This document shows, piece by piece, positions 47,085-56,204 of a stretch of 64,000 bases of DNA (positions within the stretch are counted from its first letter, which is position 1; each line of letters starts with the position of its first letter). Source of the DNA: an uncultured Brevinematales bacterium. GTDB taxonomy: Bacteria; Spirochaetota; Brevinematia; Brevinematales; JAOACQ01. A program made the position numbers and the translations under genes. The notes under the pieces were generated by a model. The model was given only the letters and a program-made list of their open reading frames with translations. It did not search any database and had not been told where the DNA came from. Location: assembly GCA_964413265.1 (NCBI GenBank), contig CAYPRX010000006.1:8822-72821 (forward strand), in the 5' to 3' direction.

Positions 47085-47600
47085 ATGAATAAAAAATTTA
47101 GATGGCAATATTTTATCGATAAACCTTTCCAGCTAAGATTTATTTCCAGATTTTCAGTCCTTATTATTATCAGCCTTGGGATCTTTCTTGTAGCATTGGG
47201 AGTTGTAAATTATTACAGATATAACAAGGGACTTTACGTACAGTATACTACTGATCCAAAAAAGCTTCATGTGATAGACGCGGAATCAACTGCCGAAAAG
47301 GCCAGGGACACAGAGATCCTTAGTAAATATTTTGACCTTGGCAAACAGAAGAATCTCTTTGAGTTATATTGGAAGCCGATTGTAGGTATGAACGTAATCT
47401 ATATATTCATTATCGCCCTTTTTGGCCTGTTCATTTCACATAAGATGGCTGGTCCTGTCTACAGGATAAAAAGGACACTCGAAGATGCTTCTTCTGGCAA
47501 GATCGATGTTAAATCAATTCGCTTCCGCTTGAGAAAAGGCGATGAACTCCAGGACCTCGTTGAATCCCTCAATAAATTCATAGAAAAGGCCCATAAATAA
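47085..47600 (+). CDS. 2-TM protein ending in a HAMP domain, no output domain
   Basis: 171 aa. TM1 is at about residues 20-45 and TM2 at about 100-120. A HAMP-like segment follows (HKMAGPVYRIKRTLEDASSGKIDV...KGDELQDLVESLNKFIE) and the stop codon comes right after it. Confidence 0.6.
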   Translation: MNKKFRWQYFIDKPFQLRFISRFSVLIIISLGIFLVALGVVNYYRYNKGLYVQYTTDPKKLHVIDAESTAEKARDTEILSKYFDLGKQKNLFELYWKPIVGMNVIYIFIIALFGLFISHKMAGPVYRIKRTLEDASSGKIDVKSIRFRLRKGDELQDLVESLNKFIEKAHK

Positions 47601-47646
47601 AGGCTTTTAATTAAGCCACCTCTCTGCGCAGCCTCTACGAGGCGAT

Positions 47647-48936
47647 TTATTTAGCTTCAAGGTCCTTAAAGGGAAATGTGTAAATGAGGTCCCTGTATTT
47701 TTTCGGCGCGTGAATAAAGGAGAAATCTTTATCGAGCAGTTTATCCTTGTATGATGCAACAGGGATCTTTTCGTATATGAGACCCTTTACTACTCCGGAT
47801 CTGGAAATATCGCCGACGAATACTGCCCCGGCTATGAGGCCATCTTTGATGAATATCTTCCTGTAAGTTCTTTCGTCATAAAATTTTTCCATAACCTCGT
47901 AAGAAGAGTAATCGGAAGGGTTTGTTTCTCCGAAGGAGATCGTATAGAGATCATCAAAATAAAGCGAATTCATCGGTATGGAACCATCATATTCGCAATC
48001 AATTCCCATCATTGAGAGCCCGGCAAAATATCCCATTTTTCTTGCTACAGGCCATATAGCTATAACCATATTGTCTTTACTTACGAAATTATAACCCTTA
48101 GCTACATCACCGGCCGAATAAATGTCCTTCTGACTGGTTCTCATTTTCCTGTCGACTTCAATTCCATTTGAGGTTTTGACGCCGCAATCTTCAGCAAGCT
48201 TCGCATCGGGTATCACACCAATCGATATGAATACCAGATCTGTATCAATGATCTCCCCGTTTTTAAGTCTGACAGATCTGACTTTTTTATCCCCCGCAAT
48301 CTCGGCGACCTCGTTTGCTGTATAAACATCAACACCAAAATCACAAAGTTTTTTTGTCATCATTTCTGAGCCTACGGGATCGAGGCCCCTTGTCAATATT
48401 GCCGGAGCAAGCTCAACTATCGAGACCTTTACCCCAAGATGTGAAAGCGCCTCAGTAGCTTTCAGTCCTATAAGTCCCCCCCCGATCACAACGGCCCTTT
48501 TGGCACCCTTTTCAAGGACCATCCTCCTCATACCCCTCGCATCGTCAAGGTTGAAAAAATACATAACCCCGGATAGTTCCTTTCCTGGAATAGGCGGGCT
48601 TATAGGCCTTCCCCCCATATTTAAAAGAAGTTTTTCATATTCCACTGTTTTCCCGCCGGAAATTTCAACCGTATGGTCGCCTGGTTTGATTTTTATTACC
48701 TCTTTCCCGAGCAGCGTATCAACACCCCGCAATTCTGAATAATCCAACCCCCTATAGGCTATTCCTTCATCACCTATCTTTCCCATTGCGTAGTCGACGA
48801 TTGCCGGCCTTCCATAAACGGTGAAATTCTCCCTGGTCAGGGCTAGTATTTTTGATTTCTTATCGTATTGTCTTATCGCTTCAATCATGCCTATGGCGCC
48901 GGCGGAATACCCTATGCTGACATACTTTGATTTCAT
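47647..48936 (-). CDS. FAD-dependent pyridine nucleotide-disulfide-family oxidoreductase (NADH oxidase-like)
   Basis: The probable start is the internal Met (MKSKYVSIGYSAGAIG), by frame arithmetic at about 48936. It has two Rossmann motifs (IGYSAGAIG; VIGGGLIGLK) and SAGDVA. The 48 upstream codons of track ORF 47647..49080 overlap the ferredoxin gene. Confidence 0.8.
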   Translation of the reverse strand: MKSKYVSIGYSAGAIGMIEAIRQYDKKSKILALTRENFTVYGRPAIVDYAMGKIGDEGIAYRGLDYSELRGVDTLLGKEVIKIKPGDHTVEISGGKTVEYEKLLLNMGGRPISPPIPGKELSGVMYFFNLDDARGMRRMVLEKGAKRAVVIGGGLIGLKATEALSHLGVKVSIVELAPAILTRGLDPVGSEMMTKKLCDFGVDVYTANEVAEIAGDKKVRSVRLKNGEIIDTDLVFISIGVIPDAKLAEDCGVKTSNGIEVDRKMRTSQKDIYSAGDVAKGYNFVSKDNMVIAIWPVARKMGYFAGLSMMGIDCEYDGSIPMNSLYFDDLYTISFGETNPSDYSSYEVMEKFYDERTYRKIFIKDGLIAGAVFVGDISRSGVVKGLIYEKIPVASYKDKLLDKDFSFIHAPKKYRDLIYTFPFKDLEAK

Positions 48937-48952
48937 TACATGAATTCCTCCG

Positions 48953-49483
48953 TTATTCCTGGATCGCCGTATCATCACTTTCAATAAAGATATGCATAGA
49001 GCCCTTGAGGGTCCGCCTGTCTTTGGCGAACTCGTCCCTGTCCTCGTATACCAGAGCGTTATTCGGACAGGCCTCGACACATGCCGGCCCGTTCTCCCTT
49101 CCCGGGCAGAGATCGCACTTATCGGCTATACGGAGTCCTTCATCATGATCCTGACGGGGCGTTATTGAACCCTGCGGACATGCCATAATGCACATCCAGC
49201 ACCCGATGCAGCGGTCGTCTTCAACCTTGACAAGTCCGGTTTCATCATCACGCCACATCGCCGCGACGGGGCATGCTTCAACGCATTCGGCATGCTCACA
49301 AATCCTGCAGCTTGCTGAAAATGAAATCGGCCCTTCCATCTCAACTTCTATTTTAGAATTTACCTTAGGTTTTTCAGAAAAAGCGTAAAATAAATTCTTC
49401 GATTTTGAATGTTCAACAATACAGGCCACTTCACATAGGTGGCAGGCAACGCAATATTCTTCAACCGGATAAACTCTTTTCAC
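48953..49483 (-). CDS. 4Fe-4S dicluster ferredoxin-domain protein
   Basis: 176 aa with several Cys clusters: CVACHLCEVAC, CRICEHAECVEACP, CIGCWMCIMACP and CDLCPG...ACVEACP. Confidence 0.8.
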   Translation of the reverse strand: MKRVYPVEEYCVACHLCEVACIVEHSKSKNLFYAFSEKPKVNSKIEVEMEGPISFSASCRICEHAECVEACPVAAMWRDDETGLVKVEDDRCIGCWMCIMACPQGSITPRQDHDEGLRIADKCDLCPGRENGPACVEACPNNALVYEDRDEFAKDRRTLKGSMHIFIESDDTAIQE

Positions 49484-49491
49484 TTTTCCTC

Positions 49492-51003
49492 CTACATTCC
49501 CAGGCCGGCCTGTTTAAGGCCCAGGACCTGCATTTCGCTTTCTGTCATCCCGACGGCGCGGAGCCTCTCCCTGTTACCCCTGAGGCTTTCGATGGCATTT
49601 ATACCCATACTGCCCAGGACTTCTTTCATTTCGATTTCCCAGGCTCCAAGAAGGTTTGATATCAGCTCTGCTGCGATCTCAGGGTTCTGTCTTTTCGAGA
49701 GGTAACTGTCATTAGTTGTGATCCCCCAGGCGCATCGCCCTGTATGGCATTGCTGGCAGAGCGTGCAGCCAACAGCTATCAGCGCAGCAGTGGATATGTA
49801 AACGGCGTCAGCTCCCAGCCCGATTGCCTTAAGAGTATCGGCTGCACTCCTGATGCCTCCCGCGGCAACCAATCCGACATTCTCCCTGATGCCTTCCTGT
49901 CTCAGCCTTTCATCGACCACAGCAATTGCAAGTTCAATAGGGATACCCGTATGATCCCTTACTATAAGCGGCGTAGCACCTGTTCCCCCGCGGTAGCCGT
50001 CGACAACTATTATATCAGCGCCGGCCCTTGCAATGCCAGATGCTATAGCCGCTATATTATGAACGGCTGAAACCTTGACTCCTACAGGCTTTTCATAACG
50101 AATCGCTTCCTTCAATGCATAAATAAGCTGCCTCAGATCCTCGATCGAATATATATCATGGTGAGGTGCCGGAGAAATTGCATCGCTGCCCACCGGGATC
50201 ATTCTTGTTCTGGAGACATCATCCACGACCTTTTCACCAGGAAGATGACCCCCAATTCCGGGCTTAGCTCCCTGACCGATCTTTATCTCAATCATAGCTC
50301 CTGCTTTGAGATATTCTTCATGGACTCCAAACCTTCCGGAAGCAACCTGAACAATCGTGTTCGGCCCGTATTCATAAAGATCGCTGTGAAGGCCGCCTTC
50401 TCCCGTACTCCAGAGAGTGCCATGCTCCCTGGCAGATGCTGCAAGAGCCTTCTGGACACTGAGATTTATCGAACCATAGGACATAGGGCCGAACATAACA
50501 GGTACATCAAGTCTTATGAGACCGGTCTTTTTTGCTTTTGTATCCGAAAGTTTCCTTCCCCTGTTTCCTATATATGTAGTGAGTTCCATCGGTTCTCTCA
50601 GTGGATCTATTGAAGGGTTTGTTACCTGGCATGCGTCAAAGAGGATCCTGTCAAAATAAACAGGCTGGCTCTGCAGATCATTGCCCATTCCAGTCACGAC
50701 TATTGCGCCAGTTTCGGCATTAAGGTAAATATTCTTAATATCCTCTTTTGACCAGTAGCCGTTTTCTCTGAATTGTGACGGGTTTCTCTGGATAGATATG
50801 GCGTCTGTTGGACAGTAAGCCTCGCACCTGTGGCATCCAATGCATTTGCTGTGTATAGAGTCTATCATCTGTCTATCATTATCCCAGAAATTCGCATCAT
50901 AAGAACACTGGGTAACGCAACCCTGGCATTTAATACATCTATCCTGATCTCTTACAACCTTAAAATCATAGTAATTTGTCACGAACGGCTGATAGAGCAT
51001 CAC
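49492..51003 (-). CDS. glutamate synthase large-subunit domain-2-like FMN protein with N-terminal 2x[4Fe-4S] domain (archaeal-type GltB)
   Basis: 503 aa. Signatures: N-terminal CIKCQGCVTQC and CIGCHRCEAYCP, then MSYGS, EGG, the IKIGQGAKPGIGGHLPG loop, and DGYRGGTGA. Confidence 0.85.
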   Translation of the reverse strand: MMLYQPFVTNYYDFKVVRDQDRCIKCQGCVTQCSYDANFWDNDRQMIDSIHSKCIGCHRCEAYCPTDAISIQRNPSQFRENGYWSKEDIKNIYLNAETGAIVVTGMGNDLQSQPVYFDRILFDACQVTNPSIDPLREPMELTTYIGNRGRKLSDTKAKKTGLIRLDVPVMFGPMSYGSINLSVQKALAASAREHGTLWSTGEGGLHSDLYEYGPNTIVQVASGRFGVHEEYLKAGAMIEIKIGQGAKPGIGGHLPGEKVVDDVSRTRMIPVGSDAISPAPHHDIYSIEDLRQLIYALKEAIRYEKPVGVKVSAVHNIAAIASGIARAGADIIVVDGYRGGTGATPLIVRDHTGIPIELAIAVVDERLRQEGIRENVGLVAAGGIRSAADTLKAIGLGADAVYISTAALIAVGCTLCQQCHTGRCAWGITTNDSYLSKRQNPEIAAELISNLLGAWEIEMKEVLGSMGINAIESLRGNRERLRAVGMTESEMQVLGLKQAGLGM

Positions 51004-51016
51004 TTCCTCCTGAAAT

Positions 51017-51844
51017 TTATCTTTCCCTGATATTCCTTACGGCTGGATAACCGTTCTCTTCAAATGAGCCAGGCACAACTGCCTTCCTGTCTGTAATTGT
51101 GTGCCATCCGGGAGTATAATGCTTTCCGTAAGGCCTCTTGCTCGCCGGGATTAACTTTGTAAACCTGTCATCAAGAATCTTAGTGCATTCAAGCCCAAAA
51201 GCTCTGCAGAATTCCATGACCAGAGGTTTAAGCAGCTTTAAGTCTTCTTCATCTATGTCTGAAGATTTGGCCGCTCTGTCAATCCGGTCGGCATCAACAC
51301 TGCCCCTGACATAAATCCTTCCGCCATGAATACCAGTTGCAATATTTTTTCCCAGAATCGGTACCTTGCCGGCATTAAGGCCTAAAATTACAAGATAACC
51401 CCCGGCCATATACTCTCCGAAAAAATCTCCAGCGCAGCCTCCTATAACGGCTTTGGGAATAAAATTCATATACTCCTTCATATGAATTCCGACCCTGTAT
51501 CCAGCATTACCCCTTATATATACCTCGCCGCCCCTCATTCCATAAAAAAGTACATCCCCCGCGTCTCCATCCACGTAAACCTTTCCGGAATTCATAGTAT
51601 TACCTATACCGTCCTGCGCATTGCCATATACATATATTGTCGGACCGTTCATGAAGGCAGCGAGGTCGTTTCCAGCCGTTCCGTATATGTCTATTCTAAT
51701 GCCATCGCCGCAGAGGCCGTCGCCTATGTACCTGTGGCCCAGGGCGTTTTTAACCTCAATCCGTTTTTCCCCGCCATTTATCGAATCGAATATCATTGAG
51801 TTAAGTTCTTTATAATGTAATTTCAAAGCGTCAATTGATTTCAT
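51017..51844 (-). CDS. GXGXG-motif protein (glutamate synthase alpha-subunit C-terminal domain-like / FwdC-like)
   Basis: 275 aa with repeated beta-helix GXGXG turns (IYGTAGNDL, VYGNAQDGIGN, VDGDAGDV, IRGNAGYRVG). Confidence 0.85.
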   Translation of the reverse strand: MKSIDALKLHYKELNSMIFDSINGGEKRIEVKNALGHRYIGDGLCGDGIRIDIYGTAGNDLAAFMNGPTIYVYGNAQDGIGNTMNSGKVYVDGDAGDVLFYGMRGGEVYIRGNAGYRVGIHMKEYMNFIPKAVIGGCAGDFFGEYMAGGYLVILGLNAGKVPILGKNIATGIHGGRIYVRGSVDADRIDRAAKSSDIDEEDLKLLKPLVMEFCRAFGLECTKILDDRFTKLIPASKRPYGKHYTPGWHTITDRKAVVPGSFEENGYPAVRNIRER

Positions 51845-52057
51845 CTCCGGCTCCTTTAAGGCGTCCCAATAACACAGGAAAAAAGGTTAGATATTATATT
51901 ACAAAACAATAAATTTCTCAAATAATGACAATTCAACAAATTATTCGATCTATGCGCCCCCATACAGTCAGGAAATGGCTTTGCTGATACTGTGTGTCAT
52001 GTAACTTTTATTCGTTGTCAGGAAATTGAGAATGAGGGGCCGACCTTACCACAATTT

Positions 52058-52447
52058 TCACATCCAAACTTCGCGGTACTTCATCACCTCGTTCAATTTT
52101 TCGCTGAAATAAAAGATGTATTCGTGGGGAGGGGTAGGAAGAGAAATAACGTCGAATACTTCACCGGGTGATAATAGCTTTTTGAAGTCACCGGGCGAAA
52201 TGTCCAGCTTGGGCACGCCGAGCAATCCGCCTCCATGCGCATAGGCGAGGTGGACGGTGTTGATTGAAAAATCAAAAGAATTGGTAATCCTTTTCCCATC
52301 AATGGTGTATTCAAAATCGATATTGAAAATCGTATGTTCCCCGTCTTTCGGGTCATCGCTGCACTGGCAGAATGTTATTGTCGCTTTTACTTTTTGACCT
52401 TCGGCCAGTATCTTGTTTTCAAGCTCCGCATTCGAGATATATATCAT
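52058..52447 (-). CDS. hypothetical protein
   Basis: 129-aa ORF in a locally GC-richer patch. I recognise no motif. Confidence 0.4.
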   Translation of the reverse strand: MIYISNAELENKILAEGQKVKATITFCQCSDDPKDGEHTIFNIDFEYTIDGKRITNSFDFSINTVHLAYAHGGGLLGVPKLDISPGDFKKLLSPGEVFDVISLPTPPHEYIFYFSEKLNEVMKYREVWM

Positions 52448-52771
52448 TATGGGCTCCCGTGTGATCCGGCATCCAAAATAACCCCCGTTCCGTCACTGAA
52501 ATTGACCCCTTGGCCGGATACTGATTATAGACTCATTGGATTTACCCGTCAAGAACAATCGACAATTTGGACATTGAGTGGTATCCAGACGCCCCACGTA
52601 TAAGCGCCCTCATGCGCCGCGTTTGATTTCAGTTTACTGAGTAACATCAACTGAGCCATCAAATGGGATTTTGGTAATTATAAAAATGTAGAGATAAGAA
52701 AACGGCTAAAAAGAAGAAATTTTATTTTTAAATAGAAAATCTTGTTTAGCATAATTCGTTATCCTTCAAAA

Positions 52772-53191
52772 TTAAAGGCTGATCTTAGCCCCGAGCTGAA
52801 CAAGCATTCCGTAATAATCAAACATCGCCCAGTGCTCGGCGATCTTTCCATTTTTGAAATAAACTATTCCGATCTCTGTAACAGAAACCTTTTTCCCTGT
52901 CGCAGGGATGCCGAAGATAGTATCAAGGTGGGTGCCTGTGTTCAGATGCCTGAAAACCAGCTTGTTGCCCGAGGTGAAACAGTCGAGAAGCTTTTCATGC
53001 CAGTCTGGAAACCCCTTATGAAAGAGAAGCACTCTATCCCTGACATTGTTAATGCCCATCAGGTCGCCTTCCGGAGTGTGTGCAACATAGTCCTCTGTGT
53101 AATACTTTACGATTAAATCTACCCTTCCATTATTCCATACCTCTTGTTGGGCCTCCTTAAGAATTTCGACAATGTTTGCCATATATCCCAC
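52772..53191 (-). CDS. SnoaL-like (NTF2-fold) ester/polyketide cyclase-family protein
   Basis: It shows the typical pattern VWNNG..DL...Y.EDYV.H...G...G......V..F...FPD........F..GNK...R....GTH...IFGIPATGK.V....I.I..F.NGKI.E.W. The likely true start is the ATG at 53182 (MANIVE...). Confidence 0.7.
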   Translation of the reverse strand: MGYMANIVEILKEAQQEVWNNGRVDLIVKYYTEDYVAHTPEGDLMGINNVRDRVLLFHKGFPDWHEKLLDCFTSGNKLVFRHLNTGTHLDTIFGIPATGKKVSVTEIGIVYFKNGKIAEHWAMFDYYGMLVQLGAKISL

Positions 53192-53410
53192 CTCTCTAAT
53201 ATTAAACAGGAGTTTCTCAGTTATCAGAGTGGCTTCTCAAAAAATTTGTCCGGCGGTCATGATTGCCTCCTGAATATAATTTTTGTGGAAAATTATTATA
53301 TTTCTTCAGAGGCAGTTTGACCACCTTTTTATTGGCCAACTGTCAGGTGAATACCATCAAATCATTATACAAATTTTGTTACCATGATAATAACTCCTGC
53401 AGGCAGACAA

Positions 53411-54610
53411 TTAAATTTTATTTTCTTTTATTTGTGATATGATATTCATCATTAATTCATTTATTTTATTATTATCAACAGCATTATTTTTGTTATTTAC
53501 TGTTGCCGATATTGTGTAAATATTATCCCCCTTATTTTTTTCTAAAATAAAAGTATATTGAAGAACCCCCGGTTCATATCCTCCTTTATAACCTGCAATA
53601 TACCAATCTTTTTTATTGATAAAAGCTCCTGAATTGATTTTAATTTCGTCAGAATCTTTTAACCCGTATATTAGATTACATAAATCTTTTGTCGAAAAAA
53701 ACCATTCTATTTTATCTATATCTGTCGGTTTGGAATTTATTTTTACATCAGAAATATCTTTATTATTAAATGTTTCCAGGATTTTTCTTTTTTCCTGAAT
53801 TTTACTTTTCATATATTCACTATAGATATTAATGTCTGAACTGAACTTTAGTATAAAAAAATCCTTAGTTTTAAGAAAAGGTTTATTAATATCTGATACA
53901 TTTTTTTCAATTTCTTCACGCCCTAAGTAATCAATTAATATATCAGCAGCAGTATTATCGCTTATAGATATCATTAAAGCTGCTAATGTTTTTAATGTTA
54001 ATGGAGTATTATCAGGCCAATCCTGTAATATTCCGGATTGAATAGATTTATTATTCTTTTTCAAAATAATTATATCATTCCAATTAATTTTTTTGTCAGT
54101 TATTTTTTTATATATTAATTTTAATATTAATAGTTTGAACGATGAACCAACTGCTAAAGGCTCATCTTCATTATATGATAATATTGAACTGTTATTATTT
54201 TTAAATATACTTAAAGAATTATTACCCGGGATTTTTTTAAACTCAGAAAGAATAGAATCTATTGTTAAATTAAATAGTATTATAGGACCAAACCATAATC
54301 CAATAATTTTATTGTTATCGTTTAAATAGATTTTTGACTGAATTGCACCTTTTTCAAAAATGATATTGTAAGAATCTGCTTCAATTATAACATTAGTTTG
54401 CTTTCCAAGAGACCTTTTATAAGAATTCAATATATCATAAGTTTTATCAATTGACACTTTTTCTTTAAAGGATAAGTCAAATAATTCCGCAATATCTTTT
54501 TTTTCAGAATTAAATAATTTTGTCAATAATTCAATTTTAAAGTCATGCTCCTGAGAAAATAATAAATTAAAATTTAAAATCAAAACCGAGAAAATTATTA
54601 TTTTTTTCAT
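53411..54610 (-). CDS. class-A beta-lactamase-fold serine hydrolase with extra N-terminal domain; very AT-rich gene
   Basis: 399 aa with a signal peptide. The motifs appear in class-A order and spacing: S-x-x-K (GSSFKL), S-D-N (SISDNTAADIL), and a K-T/S-G equivalent (YKGG). The SD GGGAGG lies 6 nt before the ATG. Sampled lines are about 20-25% G+C. Confidence 0.65.
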   Translation of the reverse strand: MKKIIIFSVLILNFNLLFSQEHDFKIELLTKLFNSEKKDIAELFDLSFKEKVSIDKTYDILNSYKRSLGKQTNVIIEADSYNIIFEKGAIQSKIYLNDNNKIIGLWFGPIILFNLTIDSILSEFKKIPGNNSLSIFKNNNSSILSYNEDEPLAVGSSFKLLILKLIYKKITDKKINWNDIIILKKNNKSIQSGILQDWPDNTPLTLKTLAALMISISDNTAADILIDYLGREEIEKNVSDINKPFLKTKDFFILKFSSDINIYSEYMKSKIQEKRKILETFNNKDISDVKINSKPTDIDKIEWFFSTKDLCNLIYGLKDSDEIKINSGAFINKKDWYIAGYKGGYEPGVLQYTFILEKNKGDNIYTISATVNNKNNAVDNNKINELMMNIISQIKENKI

Positions 54611-55063
54611 TTTTACCTCCCACAGTAAATTATATGATTTTGGGCAAAACGTATTCGCAATTTTCAGGTAGGGATTCTACTTTTTGAAGACGTTAAGTAA
54701 TATCTTCAATTTCAAATCTATCTAAATCCATAAATTCGACCTCCTTTTATAATAAAACAGAAGATTAACGTTATAATATATGTCATCCTATTATAATTTT
54801 ATTGGTACTTGTAAATATTATAAATCAGCCAATAGGATCTGTATATTTTTCAAGATAATCATTCAAAATTTTATGTGTCCACCAAGGCTTTTTAGCGACC
54901 CACCATATAAAATAGGATAGCCCGGTTCTTTTCAGAAGGTTAAGGAAGTTAGAGGAAGCATAATTGATACCCACCAGAGATTCCATCATCTACTTAAGTT
55001 ACTTTAATAAACAATGGGTGTGTGTTATAATAAGCGATCAGGCATGAGCCGGAGGTCTTCTGG

Positions 55064-55429
55064 ATGGACAGGATCGGCATTCTTCTTTACGGTTATAACA
55101 TGAATGACGCAAAAGGTCTACGCAGTATTATTGAGAAGGGATTGGGCAGAAAGATCATCCTCTTCAGCGCCTCGGGAATGGAGGATAAGAACCTCCAAGA
55201 AGTGCTGGATGCAGCCAATGTTTCCAGTTTCGAAGATTGCGAAACTAAAATATTGATTTTTCTGGGCTTTTTAGACGGAGACATGCAAAAAACCATGCAG
55301 ATGATTAGTGGCAAAGATATTACCAGACCTATATTCTGCACACTAACAGCCGAGAATATTCACTGGACCCTTAAAGTACTTATTGAGCATCTTTGCAAAG
55401 AAGCCCTTTACTGGGGAAAAAAGAAATAA
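55064..55429 (+). CDS. small conserved hypothetical protein (possibly DUF3783-like)
   Basis: 121 aa. The pattern ILLYGY...... and C-terminal RPIFCTLTAENIHWTLKVLIEHL resembles what I recall of DUF3783. This is unverified. Confidence 0.35.
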   Translation: MDRIGILLYGYNMNDAKGLRSIIEKGLGRKIILFSASGMEDKNLQEVLDAANVSSFEDCETKILIFLGFLDGDMQKTMQMISGKDITRPIFCTLTAENIHWTLKVLIEHLCKEALYWGKKK

Positions 55430-55470
55430 TCCCTCTGAATCCTATTCTCGATCCGGGGTAAAGAAGCGAC

Positions 55471-56190
55471 TTATAAAATTTTATATCCGGCATTCAGTGC
55501 GTCATTATAAAACATCCTGACAGTATCAAGCGAATATTCTTTAAGATCTTTTCCGACTATCGTCAATTTCTTCAAAATATCCGGCAAAACGGTTATAATA
55601 TGACACCCAGCCTCCTCGGCATGGAATATATTTAAAAGTTCCCTGGGGCTTGCCCAAAGCACTTCGGCGTTCGGATTCTTTCTGCATATTTCAACAGCTT
55701 TTTTCATAATGGGTACAGGATCGCGGCCGGTATCGGCTATTCTGCCCGCAAATACAGATATGATATTTTTGATCCCAGGATTTATGGCATTAATCACTTC
55801 TTCAACCTGTTCAAGCGGCATAATCGCAGTTATATTCAGAGACAGTCCCTCATCGTTCAATTTTTTGATCAGCGAAATTGAAGATTCGCCTTTTGTATTG
55901 GTTATAGGTATCTTGACGTAAACATTTTTCCCCCAGGCAGCTATCTTTTTTGCTTCAATTTCCATAGTTTTAAAATCATCGGCAAAGACCTCGAAAGAAA
56001 CGGGCAGGTCTTTTATTATGGACAGAACTTTCCTTGCAAATGCCTCATAATCCATAACTCCGGCCTGTCTCATAAGCGTCGGGTTTGTTGTAAAACCGCT
56101 GACCCATCCTTCTTTATAGGCTTTAAGCATATCGTCAATATTCGCTCCGTCCGCAAAGATCTTTATTTTTAAATCCGACAATTTAAACAT
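55471..56190 (-). CDS. transaldolase-family protein (short TalC/FSA type)
   Basis: 239 aa. Signatures: FADGAN, GFTTNPTLM, and the Schiff-base lysine context VYVKIPIT. It is the last gene of the heptose operon. Confidence 0.85.
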   Translation of the reverse strand: MFKLSDLKIKIFADGANIDDMLKAYKEGWVSGFTTNPTLMRQAGVMDYEAFARKVLSIIKDLPVSFEVFADDFKTMEIEAKKIAAWGKNVYVKIPITNTKGESSISLIKKLNDEGLSLNITAIMPLEQVEEVINAINPGIKNIISVFAGRIADTGRDPVPIMKKAVEICRKNPNAEVLWASPRELLNIFHAEEAGCHIITVLPDILKKLTIVGKDLKEYSLDTVRMFYNDALNAGYKIL

Positions 56191-56204
56191 AATTCTTACC
56201 TCAT

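Noticed and set aside
48937-49080. 48-codon N-terminal extension of the flavoprotein ORF (GTG start, MSRPVRITLWYTRTG...)
   Set aside because: It overlaps the 3' end of the ferredoxin gene in another frame, and its sequence is Arg/Thr/Ser-rich junk. The Rossmann motif begins right after the internal Met (MKSKYVSIGYSAGAIG).
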